64,000 bases of DNA from Leptospiraceae bacterium (GCA_040217195.1 JAVJNR010000003.1:1-64000), one strand, 5' to 3'. Shown: positions 43,177 to 52,963, counted from the stretch's first letter. Numbers and translations are program-made. Notes: a model not told the origin generated them from the letters alone.

Positions 43177-43728
43177 ATGCGAATTCTAAGCATCTGTTCG
43201 TTGATTCCTTTAGTTTTGATTCTTCAGTGCCAGGGCCCGGAGATCCAAAAGAAAAGGGTTTCTGTGGATCCGGAAACAGGCGAAACCCATCATTCCGAAA
43301 TTGAAATAGACAATAATTCAGATTCCCAGGAAAATAATCAGCCCACGCTAACCAGCCAGGAGAAGGAATTCGTACGACTGGTAAACGAGCACAGAAAAAA
43401 GGTGGGATGCCAGGCGTTAATACTCAATCCGGTACTACAACGCATAGCAGTCGAACACTCCAGGGATATGGCTGCCCGAGATTTCTTTTCCCATACCAAC
43501 CCGGATGGCGAATCTCCCTTTGATCGTATGAAGGCCGCCGGGTTGCGCTACTCCTGGGCTGCAGAAAACATTGCATTCGGTCAGAGATCCGCCTCTGAAG
43601 TATTCAAGAGCTGGTTGGATAGCAGCGGCCATAGAAAGAATATCGAAAACTGTAGACTAAGTGAACATGGCATTGGCCATTACTCGGTGACCAATCACTG
43701 GACCCATGTTTTCGCAACTTTCCGATAA
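43177..43728 (+). CDS. CAP/SCP domain lipoprotein
   Basis: LVNEHR, HSRDMA, FFSH, AENIA, WLDSSGHRKNI. Confidence 0.9.
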   Translation: MRILSICSLIPLVLILQCQGPEIQKKRVSVDPETGETHHSEIEIDNNSDSQENNQPTLTSQEKEFVRLVNEHRKKVGCQALILNPVLQRIAVEHSRDMAARDFFSHTNPDGESPFDRMKAAGLRYSWAAENIAFGQRSASEVFKSWLDSSGHRKNIENCRLSEHGIGHYSVTNHWTHVFATFR

Positions 43729-43825
43729 CAATTTCCTGAACCAGAATACACCAACCGTCTCTTACCGGGGATCTTAGCCATTGCTTTTCACTTGAGTGAG
43801 AGCCCCCCTGCCCATATCTGAGGCC

Positions 43826-44875
43826 ATGGAAAAGAGAAAGCTGGGAAATACCGACCTGGAAGTAAGCATTGCTTGCCTGGGAACCATGACCTTTGGCAAA
43901 CAGAATTCGGAGCCGGAAGCCCATGAACAGTTGGACCGAGCTTTGGATGCTGGAATAAACTTCATAGACACGGCTGAGATGTACGCGGTGCCTCCATCCC
44001 CGGAGACGTATGGCAAAACAGAAACTATGATCGGGAACTGGCTGGCTGCACGCCCCGGTACTCGCGAAAAGATAGTGCTGGCGAGCAAGGTAGCCGGTAG
44101 AGGACTACGATGGGTACGCGATGGAAATGCAATTATAGATAGAAAGAACATTCAGTTAGCCATCGATGATTCCTTAAAAAGACTACAGACAGATTACCTG
44201 GATTTATACCAGCTGCATTGGCCCAATCGGCCCTTCTATCATTTTGGACAGTTCTGGAGATTCGCGCCCAGGGGAAAAGATACAGAACAAATTACAGAAA
44301 ATCTGCATGAGGTGCTGGAAACCCTGGGAGAATTAATCAAAGCCGGAAAAATACGACATGCCGGTATTTCCAATGAAAGCGCCTGGGGTACAATGAAGTA
44401 TCTGGAACTGGCCAAACGATTCGAACTACCGGCAATGGTAAGCATTCAAAACGAGTACAGCCTGCTCTATCGTTTATTCGAACCGGACCTGGCCGAGGTT
44501 GCCAGGTATGAAAACATTTCCCTGCTGGCCTATTCTCCGCTGGCCACCGGCCTGCTTACCGGTAAATACCGAAAGGGAAAAATTCCAGAGGGAAGCCGAT
44601 GGAAGATTCAATCCAGTCGCCATAATCAAAGGGATACACCCCAGGCCCATGCAGCGGTGGAAGCTTACACCGAACTGGCCAAAAAACATGGAATAGCATT
44701 GAATCATATGGCTCTGGCGTTTTGCCATCAACAGAGTTTCATGACTTCTGTAATCATTGGTGCAACTACTATGGAACAATTGAATTCCAACCTGGAGGCT
44801 TTCCAGATGGAGCTTTCCACTGAACTGCGAAAGGAAATTGAACAGATCCGTCGAGATTTTCCCATACCCTATTAG
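43826..44875 (+). CDS. aldo/keto reductase (Tas-like)
   Basis: LGTMTFG, DTAEMY, DLYQLHWP, SIQNEYSLL, AYSPLA, IIGAT. Confidence 0.93.
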   Translation: MEKRKLGNTDLEVSIACLGTMTFGKQNSEPEAHEQLDRALDAGINFIDTAEMYAVPPSPETYGKTETMIGNWLAARPGTREKIVLASKVAGRGLRWVRDGNAIIDRKNIQLAIDDSLKRLQTDYLDLYQLHWPNRPFYHFGQFWRFAPRGKDTEQITENLHEVLETLGELIKAGKIRHAGISNESAWGTMKYLELAKRFELPAMVSIQNEYSLLYRLFEPDLAEVARYENISLLAYSPLATGLLTGKYRKGKIPEGSRWKIQSSRHNQRDTPQAHAAVEAYTELAKKHGIALNHMALAFCHQQSFMTSVIIGATTMEQLNSNLEAFQMELSTELRKEIEQIRRDFPIPY

Positions 44876-44885
44876 GAGTGATTCT

Positions 44886-45752
44886 GTGAGCATTCGCAAC
44901 ATGGACAGCAAAGACTTCAATGGACGATTTCGCTATTTTCATCGAGATAACGGCAAGGCAGAAACGATTCTACTACTGAGCGGTTTTCAGGATACAGGCA
45001 GGGGATTTTATTTCATTGAGGAATACCTTTCCCGATACTTCAATTTAATTGCTCCGGACTGGAGAGGACATGGGGACTCGCCGAATCTTCCCCCGGGTTG
45101 GTTCTACTCTTCAGGAATGCTTCTGGCTGACTTCATTCAGTTTACCGGCTCGGTAGCTCCCCAGGGATATCATATCCTGGCACACAGTATGGGTGCAGCT
45201 CTGGGGGCTCGTCATGCGGGTCTGGTGCCATCCGAGGTTCGGTCCCTGGTATTGCTGGAAGGATTTTCCGGCAGATGGCCGGTAGAAAAAGAAGCGGATC
45301 GGATGAGCGAATGGGTTGCTAAACTGCGAAAGGAAAGACCAGCTAAAGACAACCCGATGTCATCTTTGAAGGCTGCGGAGGAATTGCTTGCCAGGGCTCA
45401 TCCTCGCACCCCGGAAGAAAATCGAAAGATCCTGGCCCGGCTCTGGACTTCCCAGGACGGAACTAAATACCGATGGAAGCATGATCCAGCGTTGCGAAAT
45501 CGCATGCTTCCCATCCCATTCCCTCCTGATTTGAGCCGAGAGCTATGGCATAGAGTTCAATGCCCTACACTGTTTGTGTACGGAAAGCATAGTCCCCTGA
45601 AACCTCCAGAGGATCAGATCGATGAAATACTTTCTCATTTTTCGAATCTTACCAGGGTAGAACTGGATAGCGGACACAATCCTCATCAAGAAATGCCAGA
45701 TACTCTACAGGATGTACTGGAAGACTTTTATAAGGATGAAGTACTACCGTAG
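44886..45752 (+). CDS. alpha/beta hydrolase
   Basis: PDWRGHGDS, AHSMG nucleophile elbow, SGH; AGGAG before GTG 44886. Confidence 0.88.
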   Translation: MSIRNMDSKDFNGRFRYFHRDNGKAETILLLSGFQDTGRGFYFIEEYLSRYFNLIAPDWRGHGDSPNLPPGWFYSSGMLLADFIQFTGSVAPQGYHILAHSMGAALGARHAGLVPSEVRSLVLLEGFSGRWPVEKEADRMSEWVAKLRKERPAKDNPMSSLKAAEELLARAHPRTPEENRKILARLWTSQDGTKYRWKHDPALRNRMLPIPFPPDLSRELWHRVQCPTLFVYGKHSPLKPPEDQIDEILSHFSNLTRVELDSGHNPHQEMPDTLQDVLEDFYKDEVLP

Positions 45753-45883
45753 AGAGATTACACCGAACCTGCTTGCGGATCGGGTTCATTTTTTATCAAG
45801 TATCTGCCAGGATAAAAGCTCCAAACCAGACGAATTTTGCATTATCCAAATCGAACGCTGGCGTCTAATTTTTATATACGGCT

Positions 45884-46939
45884 ATGAAGGTTATAACGAT
45901 TCCCGATGCAGGTTCTGAAATGATAGTGCGGAAGCATTCAATTTACGAATACTCAGGCAGTGGCCTCAAATGCAGTGCCCCGAGCAAAGACCATCGGTCC
46001 GGAAGGGGAGTACTTCGCCGAAGTGCCGGTCTTGCTATTCAGATCTTATTTCTGGTTTTGTTTCTATCTGCCTGTAAAGGAGCTCCATCTGTGCAATCCG
46101 GACTGCCTGGAGAAATTCAGGAATTCTCGATTAAGATAGATGGTGTCAAAAGAACGGCCAGAATCTATGTTCCGGCTGGATTTCAGAATCGCAAGCTACC
46201 GGTTGTATTTGTTCTTCATGGTTCAGGTAGCGACGGACAGTCGGTTGCCATCCAGTCAGGGATGTCTGAAGCAGCGCAGCAACGGGGATTTGTGGCTGTG
46301 TATCCAGATGCTTTACCACTGGATTTAGAGCTAAAGGTCAGTACAGAAAATCCAAGAGTCTGGGCCGATGGCTCCGGTCGCGGCTACGCAGGAATGCATC
46401 CGCAGAACGATCTGGAATTCATTCGGGCATTGCTGTCCTATATTCAACGAAAGCTTCCAGTAGACTCAAAGGAGAATCATATAGTCGGATTTTCCAACGG
46501 TGGTTCCATGACATTCAGACTGGCCCGGGAAATGCCCGAACTATTCAATCGAGTGGCTGTGGTCGCTGGTGTATCCTGGATTCAACCCTCGGATTGGAAA
46601 CGACAAGACCTCCTCTATATTACTGGAAGGCAGGACCCGGTTATTCCGCCGAATCGCACTATCGAAAGATTACCTCATTCCACTATCGAAAGAAGTACAT
46701 CGGTTAGTCTAACATTGCTTCAATGGATTGAACAATGCGATTCAGGAAAACAGACGATGCGCAATCTGCCCCGGGAACTGCAAAATAAATCCCAGGTGTT
46801 TCGCTGCAGTAATCACTCCGTGCAGTATCTGGAATTACCACGAACCGGCCATGTATGGCCCGGCGGATCCGATGACCCGGTTTCTGAGCTAAATGCCACC
46901 AACTACATAGTTCGATTTCTGCTGGATCGTAGAGGCTGA
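45884..46939 (+). CDS. PHB-depolymerase-family (LpqC-like) esterase lipoprotein (start uncertain)
   Basis: VLHGSG, VYPD, GFSNGG, GHVWPG; lipobox LSAC. Confidence 0.85.
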   Translation: MKVITIPDAGSEMIVRKHSIYEYSGSGLKCSAPSKDHRSGRGVLRRSAGLAIQILFLVLFLSACKGAPSVQSGLPGEIQEFSIKIDGVKRTARIYVPAGFQNRKLPVVFVLHGSGSDGQSVAIQSGMSEAAQQRGFVAVYPDALPLDLELKVSTENPRVWADGSGRGYAGMHPQNDLEFIRALLSYIQRKLPVDSKENHIVGFSNGGSMTFRLAREMPELFNRVAVVAGVSWIQPSDWKRQDLLYITGRQDPVIPPNRTIERLPHSTIERSTSVSLTLLQWIEQCDSGKQTMRNLPRELQNKSQVFRCSNHSVQYLELPRTGHVWPGGSDDPVSELNATNYIVRFLLDRRG

Positions 46940-46956
46940 AGCCATGACCTGGGACC

Positions 46957-47799
46957 ATGAAGTCTATTCTTGGTCCTGGCGCCCTTTTTCTGATCGTTCT
47001 GGCTGGCGGTCTATTCTATCACTTCCATTCTCTAAATAAACAGCAAGAGGACCTGAGTCTGCGTCTGGAAGAGTTCAAAGAAGAGCTCTATAATACTGAA
47101 CGATTCTATATTGAGAATCTACCCATTTACGAAGACTGGAGTGATACACAAAAAGAGTCCAATCTCCGGCGCTTTCTGCTGAAAGACCATTTAAGAGTTG
47201 TGGAAGAAGCGGGGCTTCAGCCTGTAAGTAGTGCTGAGATGATTCAATCTATGGATCAAAATGGCCAGCTAGTATCTCTGGAGCAGGACCAGTCCACACC
47301 CTACTATTTTTACAATGTTAAGAAGGAACATCGATACCTGCATCCGGATGCGCAGAAGGGTCTATTACTCCTGGCTGAGAGATTCCAGAAGGTACTACAC
47401 CGAAACCTGGATGGAAAAGATCAGTTCAAGCCACTGGTAGTTAAGTTTGCCATTTCCTCGGCTCTTCGCCCGGTAGCCTATCAAAGGGATCTAAGAAAGA
47501 GCAATGCCAATGCCTCCTTCGTATCTTCGCATAGCTATGGTCTTAGCTTTGATCTGTTCTATGACAGTTTCTATGTGAATTTAAGGGAGCCTGAGACCGT
47601 GGAAGGATCTATACCGGCCGCGCTGGACAACCTGCGACTTAGATCTGGATTCCTGCTGGGGGCTTCCCTGCGAAGACAATTCCGGGCCGCCCTGGCCGAA
47701 ACTCTATTACAGCTTCAGGAGGAAGGATTGTTATATGCGATATATGAAAGAAATCAAAGATGCTATCATGTAACGATTCGACCGGACGCCATAAAGTAG
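46957..47799 (+). CDS. DUF5715-like membrane-anchored protein
   Basis: SSALRPVAYQRDL..NANAS..SSHSYGLSFD, ERNQRCYHVT. Confidence 0.7.
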   Translation: MKSILGPGALFLIVLAGGLFYHFHSLNKQQEDLSLRLEEFKEELYNTERFYIENLPIYEDWSDTQKESNLRRFLLKDHLRVVEEAGLQPVSSAEMIQSMDQNGQLVSLEQDQSTPYYFYNVKKEHRYLHPDAQKGLLLLAERFQKVLHRNLDGKDQFKPLVVKFAISSALRPVAYQRDLRKSNANASFVSSHSYGLSFDLFYDSFYVNLREPETVEGSIPAALDNLRLRSGFLLGASLRRQFRAALAETLLQLQEEGLLYAIYERNQRCYHVTIRPDAIK

Positions 47800-47853
47800 A
47801 CGATCCGAGACATTGAGAGGCTGCCTGTTTCCTTTCCCACTTGATGCATCTGA

Positions 47854-48780
47854 CTAAGATTCCGAATCTGAATTTTTGGCCGAGCGATCCTTGAGTTTCT
47901 TTGCCTGGACCAGAAACTGCATGGCTTTTTCCGATTCTCCAGAGAAAAGATACATCAAACTTAAATCCATCATATCCCGGGCATCGTCTTTTAACTCTGT
48001 TGTATCCGGTTCTTTGCCGGCCTGCCGGGCCCGTTTTCTTTCTTCAATTCTGGAACGCAAACTTCGGGACCTGTCCTGAATTCTCTCCCTGACTCCGTCA
48101 AAGAATACCCTGGACTCTTCTTCGCTGGACTGCCGGGCTTTCTGTATATGATCGCCAAAGCTTCTATAACCGCTGGATTCCTTGCTCAACCGCTGTAGTT
48201 CTTCTGTAGAAGCCTGGTAATCGCCTACCTCCATCAAGAGGCCTGCACGCAGGCCCAGTACGGTTTCATCCCCTGGATTGGTTTGCAGGTAGGCTTCGCA
48301 AACCTTCAGTCCATCCCTGTACATCTGCCTCTGGGACAAATTCAAGAGCAGCCCCAAAACTGCAATTCTACTGCCTGGCTGGATTTTTAATGCATTGCGA
48401 AAATAAATCTCTGCTTTATCAGGTAAATCACGAGCCTCATATACATAAGCAAGTAGAACATGCGCTCGCAGGAATCTAGCATTGATCTTAAGACAGGCGA
48501 TTAGATGGGCCGCCGCAACATCGTATTTCTTGCTCTGATAGTATTCGCTACCCAGGTTGAAGTGCACGGCTTCATCCGCCTGAATCTTCAACGCAGCTTC
48601 GTAATACTGTATGGACTGTGCAGGCCTTCGAAGTTTTCCATGAATGGCACCTAGATTCATGAGCGCCGGACGAAAGGCAGGATTTTGCTGAATTGATTTA
48701 AGATATAGCTTAACCGCTGCATCCAATTTTCCAGCCTTCTCTTGCTTTAAAGCCTCATTGTAGAGCTGTTTTTCATTCAT
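47854..48780 (-). CDS. tetratricopeptide repeat protein
   Basis: Repeated A..NLG..Y......A...Y..AL..P units. Confidence 0.85.
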   Translation of the reverse strand: MNEKQLYNEALKQEKAGKLDAAVKLYLKSIQQNPAFRPALMNLGAIHGKLRRPAQSIQYYEAALKIQADEAVHFNLGSEYYQSKKYDVAAAHLIACLKINARFLRAHVLLAYVYEARDLPDKAEIYFRNALKIQPGSRIAVLGLLLNLSQRQMYRDGLKVCEAYLQTNPGDETVLGLRAGLLMEVGDYQASTEELQRLSKESSGYRSFGDHIQKARQSSEEESRVFFDGVRERIQDRSRSLRSRIEERKRARQAGKEPDTTELKDDARDMMDLSLMYLFSGESEKAMQFLVQAKKLKDRSAKNSDSES

Positions 48781-48806
48781 GGCCTTCCTCTATGGCAGCT
48801 GTCTGT

Positions 48807-49685
48807 TTATTGCATTTCCAGACTAAGATCCAGGAATCGAGTTGTATGTGTAATATATCCCATACTTACGCCCAGAGGGCCGGCATCGCCGATCTCCTGA
48901 AGCATTTCGGGCGTCCAGCCACCGGAAACCTCTATACGAATAGCACTGGAATGGCTTCGTATTCGCCTGGTAGCCTCGCGAATCTGTTTCCCATCCATAT
49001 TATCCAGTAGTATCACATCCGGTGATTGTTCCAGAGCTTCATCCAGCTGAGCGAGCTCATCTATCTCGAGATCTACGGGAAGATCAGGAAACTCTTCCCT
49101 GATACGGCTGATCGCAGAAGAAATGGAACCGGCGGCCAGGATATGATTGTCTTTGATCATTGCCATATCCGAAAGATTAATTCTATGGTTGGTTCCCCCG
49201 CCACAGTACACTGCATACTTGGCCAACCTACGATAACCCGGCAATGTCTTACGGGTATCCAGAATTTCGATACCGGTGCCTGCTTTTTGAACCGCAGCCT
49301 GCACGGTTGTTGCTATGCCCGAAAGATACTGTATAAAGTTAAGAAAAGGTCTTTCCAGGCGAAGAATGCCTCGAAGAGAGCCAGAAAGCCGCATGAGCTC
49401 CTGCCCCTTTTCGAATGAATGGCCATCTTCAATGTCACTGTGTATCGCAATTGAGTACCCGGTCAGTGCTTCGTATCGAAGGCATAGATGCTCTGCCAGA
49501 GATTTACCGCAGAATATTCCGGGCTCTCGCGGCACAAGCAGGGCCACAGCGTCCCGATTCTTCTCAAAGATGGCTTCACTTGTAGGATCGCCACCGGGTG
49601 CATCTTCCTGGATAGCAAGATCTATGATAGTCTGACAATCGGCCAGCTCCAGAGTATCTACCGGCTTAGTATAATGATTTCTCAA
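48807..49685 (-). CDS. nadC: nicotinate-nucleotide diphosphorylase (carboxylating)
   Basis: DTRKTLPG, NHRINLSD, MIKDNH, ILLDN, EVSGG. Confidence 0.95.
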   Translation of the reverse strand: MRNHYTKPVDTLELADCQTIIDLAIQEDAPGGDPTSEAIFEKNRDAVALLVPREPGIFCGKSLAEHLCLRYEALTGYSIAIHSDIEDGHSFEKGQELMRLSGSLRGILRLERPFLNFIQYLSGIATTVQAAVQKAGTGIEILDTRKTLPGYRRLAKYAVYCGGGTNHRINLSDMAMIKDNHILAAGSISSAISRIREEFPDLPVDLEIDELAQLDEALEQSPDVILLDNMDGKQIREATRRIRSHSSAIRIEVSGGWTPEMLQEIGDAGPLGVSMGYITHTTRFLDLSLEMQ

Positions 49686-50101
49686 TGGGGATATCCCGCA
49701 GGATTGTTGTATTGTTCTTTGTAGCGATCCGGCAAAGGGGCCAGTATAGCTTTTTTCAGCTCTCTGTTTCCGTTACGTTTCATTACCTCTACGCTCACTT
49801 CATCCCCCGGGTCCAGAGAGAGAATTCTCTTATTCAGGGTATAGGTGCCCAGAACGGGATAACCATTGGCAGTGACAATTAGATCGCCTATCTCCAGACC
49901 AGCTTCTTCAGCAGGACTGCCGGGAAATACCTGCACAATCCGTACACCCATAGCATCTTCCTGATACATGATGCCCAGGTAGGCTCTACCGGTCTGCACG
50001 GGCTGTTCTTGAGTGGTTTCTGCGTTCTGGGTTTCAGGAGTTTGACAGGCTGCTGCCAGCAGTAGAATTACTGCCAGAACCAGTATTGGATTGCGGATCA
50101 T
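49682..50101 (-). CDS. PDZ-domain lipoprotein
   Basis: Lipobox AAAC; YLGI, VFPGSPAEEAGLEIGDLI. Confidence 0.88.
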   Translation of the reverse strand: MIRNPILVLAVILLLAAACQTPETQNAETTQEQPVQTGRAYLGIMYQEDAMGVRIVQVFPGSPAEEAGLEIGDLIVTANGYPVLGTYTLNKRILSLDPGDEVSVEVMKRNGNRELKKAILAPLPDRYKEQYNNPAGYPH

Positions 50102-50186
50102 AGTATAGTAAGAATCGACCTTTTCAGGCCCTTCCTTTACGATTGTCCCGGGCCAGGCAGCAAGGGAATGGATCTAAAACGAGAAT

Positions 50187-50217
50187 AAAAGAAGGGGGAA
50201 CCTCAGGTCCCCCCTTT
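50187..50217 (-). terminator. intrinsic terminator after the HTH/H1-like gene
   Basis: GGGGGAAC-CTCA-GGTCCCCC imperfect stem flanked by A-rich and T-rich tracts. Confidence 0.65.
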
Positions 50218-50228
50218 CTATTGAAGAC

Positions 50229-50552
50229 TTAACGGCGCTTTTTAGTGGCCTTTTTCTTAGAAGTCTTCTTCTTCGCTGCCTTTTTCTTAGAAGTTTTCTT
50301 CTTTTTGGCTGCCTTCTTTTTTCCAGCTTTCTTCTTGGAAGCGGCTTTCTTTTTCTTTTTTACCGCGTTCTTAACAGTGGCTTTCTTACGAGCCATGCCA
50401 GGACGGGTCCACTTCTTTCGATAAGCCTGGTCAGAAATCTGCTTTGGCTTTAAGCCGTAAGCGGGAGCAATATCGCCTGGCTCTTTGCCTTGCGCGTACT
50501 GCTTCTCGATTTCTCTTTGTTCTTTTTCGCTCAGGTCTGACCAATGTCTCAT
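50229..50552 (-). CDS. small HTH protein with Lys/Ala-rich histone-H1-like tail
   Basis: GAGAGG RBS; N-terminal YAQGKEPGDIAPAYGLKPKQISDQAYRKKW; tail of KKKAA/KKKTS repeats; own terminator. Confidence 0.8.
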   Translation of the reverse strand: MRHWSDLSEKEQREIEKQYAQGKEPGDIAPAYGLKPKQISDQAYRKKWTRPGMARKKATVKNAVKKKKKAASKKKAGKKKAAKKKKTSKKKAAKKKTSKKKATKKRR

Positions 50553-51044
50553 ATCGGGCTAACCTCTCTTTTAATTTTCTCGAAACATAGACGTTAAAAC
50601 CAGGCGAAGTCAATCAAATTTGCAATTCATCGCCTTTCATTGGAAAAAAAATTGCAAAAACACCCCTTTTTGCACCTGCGAAGGCGATATCGCATGCGAA
50701 ATTCGCCTTCGCGCGCTTGAATCAGCCTTAAAAACGTTAAAAACGGTACATCATGGATGTTTTTAAGTGATAAAGGCTACCATATCCCTCAAACGTTGCT
50801 TAAACTTCGACGTTTGATGCTAATCATCTCGACCATCGGTTAAACAATGCCAGTGTAACGAATAATCGAGTATGAACCCGGATTGAACCTTCAATGCCAT
50901 TACCTTCGCCAACAGAAGAGCAAAGCTACTGTGGCAAAGAAGACACAGTCATACAATGCCTCAATGAATGAATTTGTTGCTCTGGAAGCTGATAAATGCA
51001 AAGAAAAGCTGGATTTTACAGGCAATTTTGTCCATCTGGGACCA

Positions 51045-52556
51045 ATGAAAGCCATTCGACGCATTCTTATAGCTAATCGAGGGGAAATTGCGGTTAGAAT
51101 CATACAAACTATCCAGAAAATGGGTCTTACATCTATCATAGTCTATTCGGATGCAGACCGTAATAGTCCTGCCGTAAAAATGGCCGATGAATCAATTTAT
51201 CTGGGGGCATCCGAGCCTTCGCAATCCTATCTGAATATTCCGGCACTGATTGAGGCGTGTAAACGTACCGGTGCAGATGCAGTTCATCCTGGTTATGGAT
51301 TCCTTTCGGAAAATGAATCCTTTGCCCGAGCACTCGAAGACAATGGGATCGCATTTATTGGACCTTCGCCAGAAACCATCGCTGCTATGGGCAATAAAGT
51401 GGAAGCGCGAAGGATCATGGAGGCTCACGGTGTTCCTGTAGTGCCCGGAAACGATGATTTGCCGGAGGATGATCAGGCTATTATCGCCATCGCCAATAAT
51501 ATTGGCTATCCGTTGCTGGTAAAAGCTCGCTCCGGCGGTGGAGGCCGGGGTATGCGCCTTATTACATCCGAAAAAGAGCTTCTTGAGGGCATCGATTCGG
51601 CCAAAAGAGAGGCTGCATCGGCTTTTGCAGACGATGGAGTGTTTCTGGAAAAGTTTGTGGAAACCCCCAGGCACATAGAGATTCAGATTTTTGGGGATGG
51701 CCAGGGCAATTGCATCCATTTATTCGAGCGAGAATGCTCTATACAGCGTCGACATCAGAAAATCATCGAAGAAAGCCCATCCCCGGCCCTGACAGAGGCG
51801 GATCGGGCCTCGATTACCGAGGCTGCACTAAAAGCAGCCCGAGCTGTGAACTACAGAGGGGCCGGAACAGTGGAGTTTGTGTACTCCGATACGACCAGAA
51901 GCTTCTATTTTCTGGAAATGAACACCCGATTGCAGGTAGAGCATCCTGTAACGGAAACGGTTACGGGCAGAGACCTGGTTCGAGATCAGATTCTGGTGGC
52001 CATGGACCCGTCTCACCTGCCAGATCAGTCTGAAATCCAGATGAATGGACATGCCATCGAGGTTCGGCTGTATGCAGAGGACCCGTCCGCCGGTTTCATA
52101 CCTTCAGCCGGAAAAGTGCACCGGTTCAGGACTCCATTGGATGTTCGAGTGGATTCTGGCGTGGAATCGGGAAGCACTGTATCGCTTTTCTACGATCCCA
52201 TGATTGCAAAGATCATTGCTCGAGGGGCACGACGGCAGGAGGCAATTGTGAATCTAAGAAATGCCCTGGATGATGTGGTACTCTTTGGGCCTAAAAGCAA
52301 CCTGGAATACCTGAAAGCTATTCTGGATAATCCACAATTCCGAAGCGGCGATTTCTCCACCGCCTTTGTTGAGAAGGAAATGGCAAACTGGATGCCATCA
52401 GTAGATGGGAATACCCTTGACAGGGCCCGGGCAGCACTTGCCGTTCTCTACTACGAAGGTGCCAGCAAAAAAAGTATCTCTACTATAGAAGAAATAGCTT
52501 CCCGGGGAGCCTGGAAAGCAGATGCATTCCAGCTCTGGATGGCCGGCCCAACGTAA
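51045..52556 (+). CDS. acyl-CoA carboxylase biotin carboxylase subunit
   Basis: ILIANRGEIA, HPGYGFLSEN, GGGGRGM, RECSIQRRHQK, EMNTRLQVEH, YDPMIAK; no biotinyl domain. Confidence 0.93.
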   Translation: MKAIRRILIANRGEIAVRIIQTIQKMGLTSIIVYSDADRNSPAVKMADESIYLGASEPSQSYLNIPALIEACKRTGADAVHPGYGFLSENESFARALEDNGIAFIGPSPETIAAMGNKVEARRIMEAHGVPVVPGNDDLPEDDQAIIAIANNIGYPLLVKARSGGGGRGMRLITSEKELLEGIDSAKREAASAFADDGVFLEKFVETPRHIEIQIFGDGQGNCIHLFERECSIQRRHQKIIEESPSPALTEADRASITEAALKAARAVNYRGAGTVEFVYSDTTRSFYFLEMNTRLQVEHPVTETVTGRDLVRDQILVAMDPSHLPDQSEIQMNGHAIEVRLYAEDPSAGFIPSAGKVHRFRTPLDVRVDSGVESGSTVSLFYDPMIAKIIARGARRQEAIVNLRNALDDVVLFGPKSNLEYLKAILDNPQFRSGDFSTAFVEKEMANWMPSVDGNTLDRARAALAVLYYEGASKKSISTIEEIASRGAWKADAFQLWMAGPT

Positions 52557-52574
52557 ATGCAAGGATCCCAGCGT

Positions 52575-52940
52575 ACCGGGGCCTGCTGGACCAGGCAAAA
52601 CTCAAGGAGTTTTGCGCGATCTGGATGATCGCAAGCCACCTGGTGGCGCAACACTGGTTACGCCAGGCGGATTGCAGGAAGCAATGCGCCGAGCGGACCG
52701 GGGCCCGCTGGACCAGGCAAAACTCAAGGGGTTTTGCGCGATCTGGATGATCGCAAGCCACGTAGTGGCGCAACACTGGCGACGCCAGGCGGGTTGCAGG
52801 AAGCAATGCGCCGAGCGGACCGGGGCCTGCTGGACCGGGCAAAACTCAAGGAGTTTTGCGCGATCAGGATGATCGCAAGCCACGTAGTGGCGCAACATTG
52901 ATGACGCCAGGCGGATTACAGGAAGCAATGCGCCGAGCGT
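52575..52940. repeat. three tandem 122-bp hairpin-rich repeats
   Basis: Units start at 52575, 52697 and 52819 (ACCGGGGCC...GCGCCGAGCG); 7-10 differences between pairs of copies by hand alignment. Confidence 0.97.
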
Positions 52941-52963
52941 AACTATAAGAAAGGAATAGATTT

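Noticed and set aside
52483..52928. ORFs crossing the 122-bp repeat, and a CRISPR interpretation
   Set aside because: The period is not a multiple of 3 and the translations recur in shifting frames; there are no unique spacers and no cas genes
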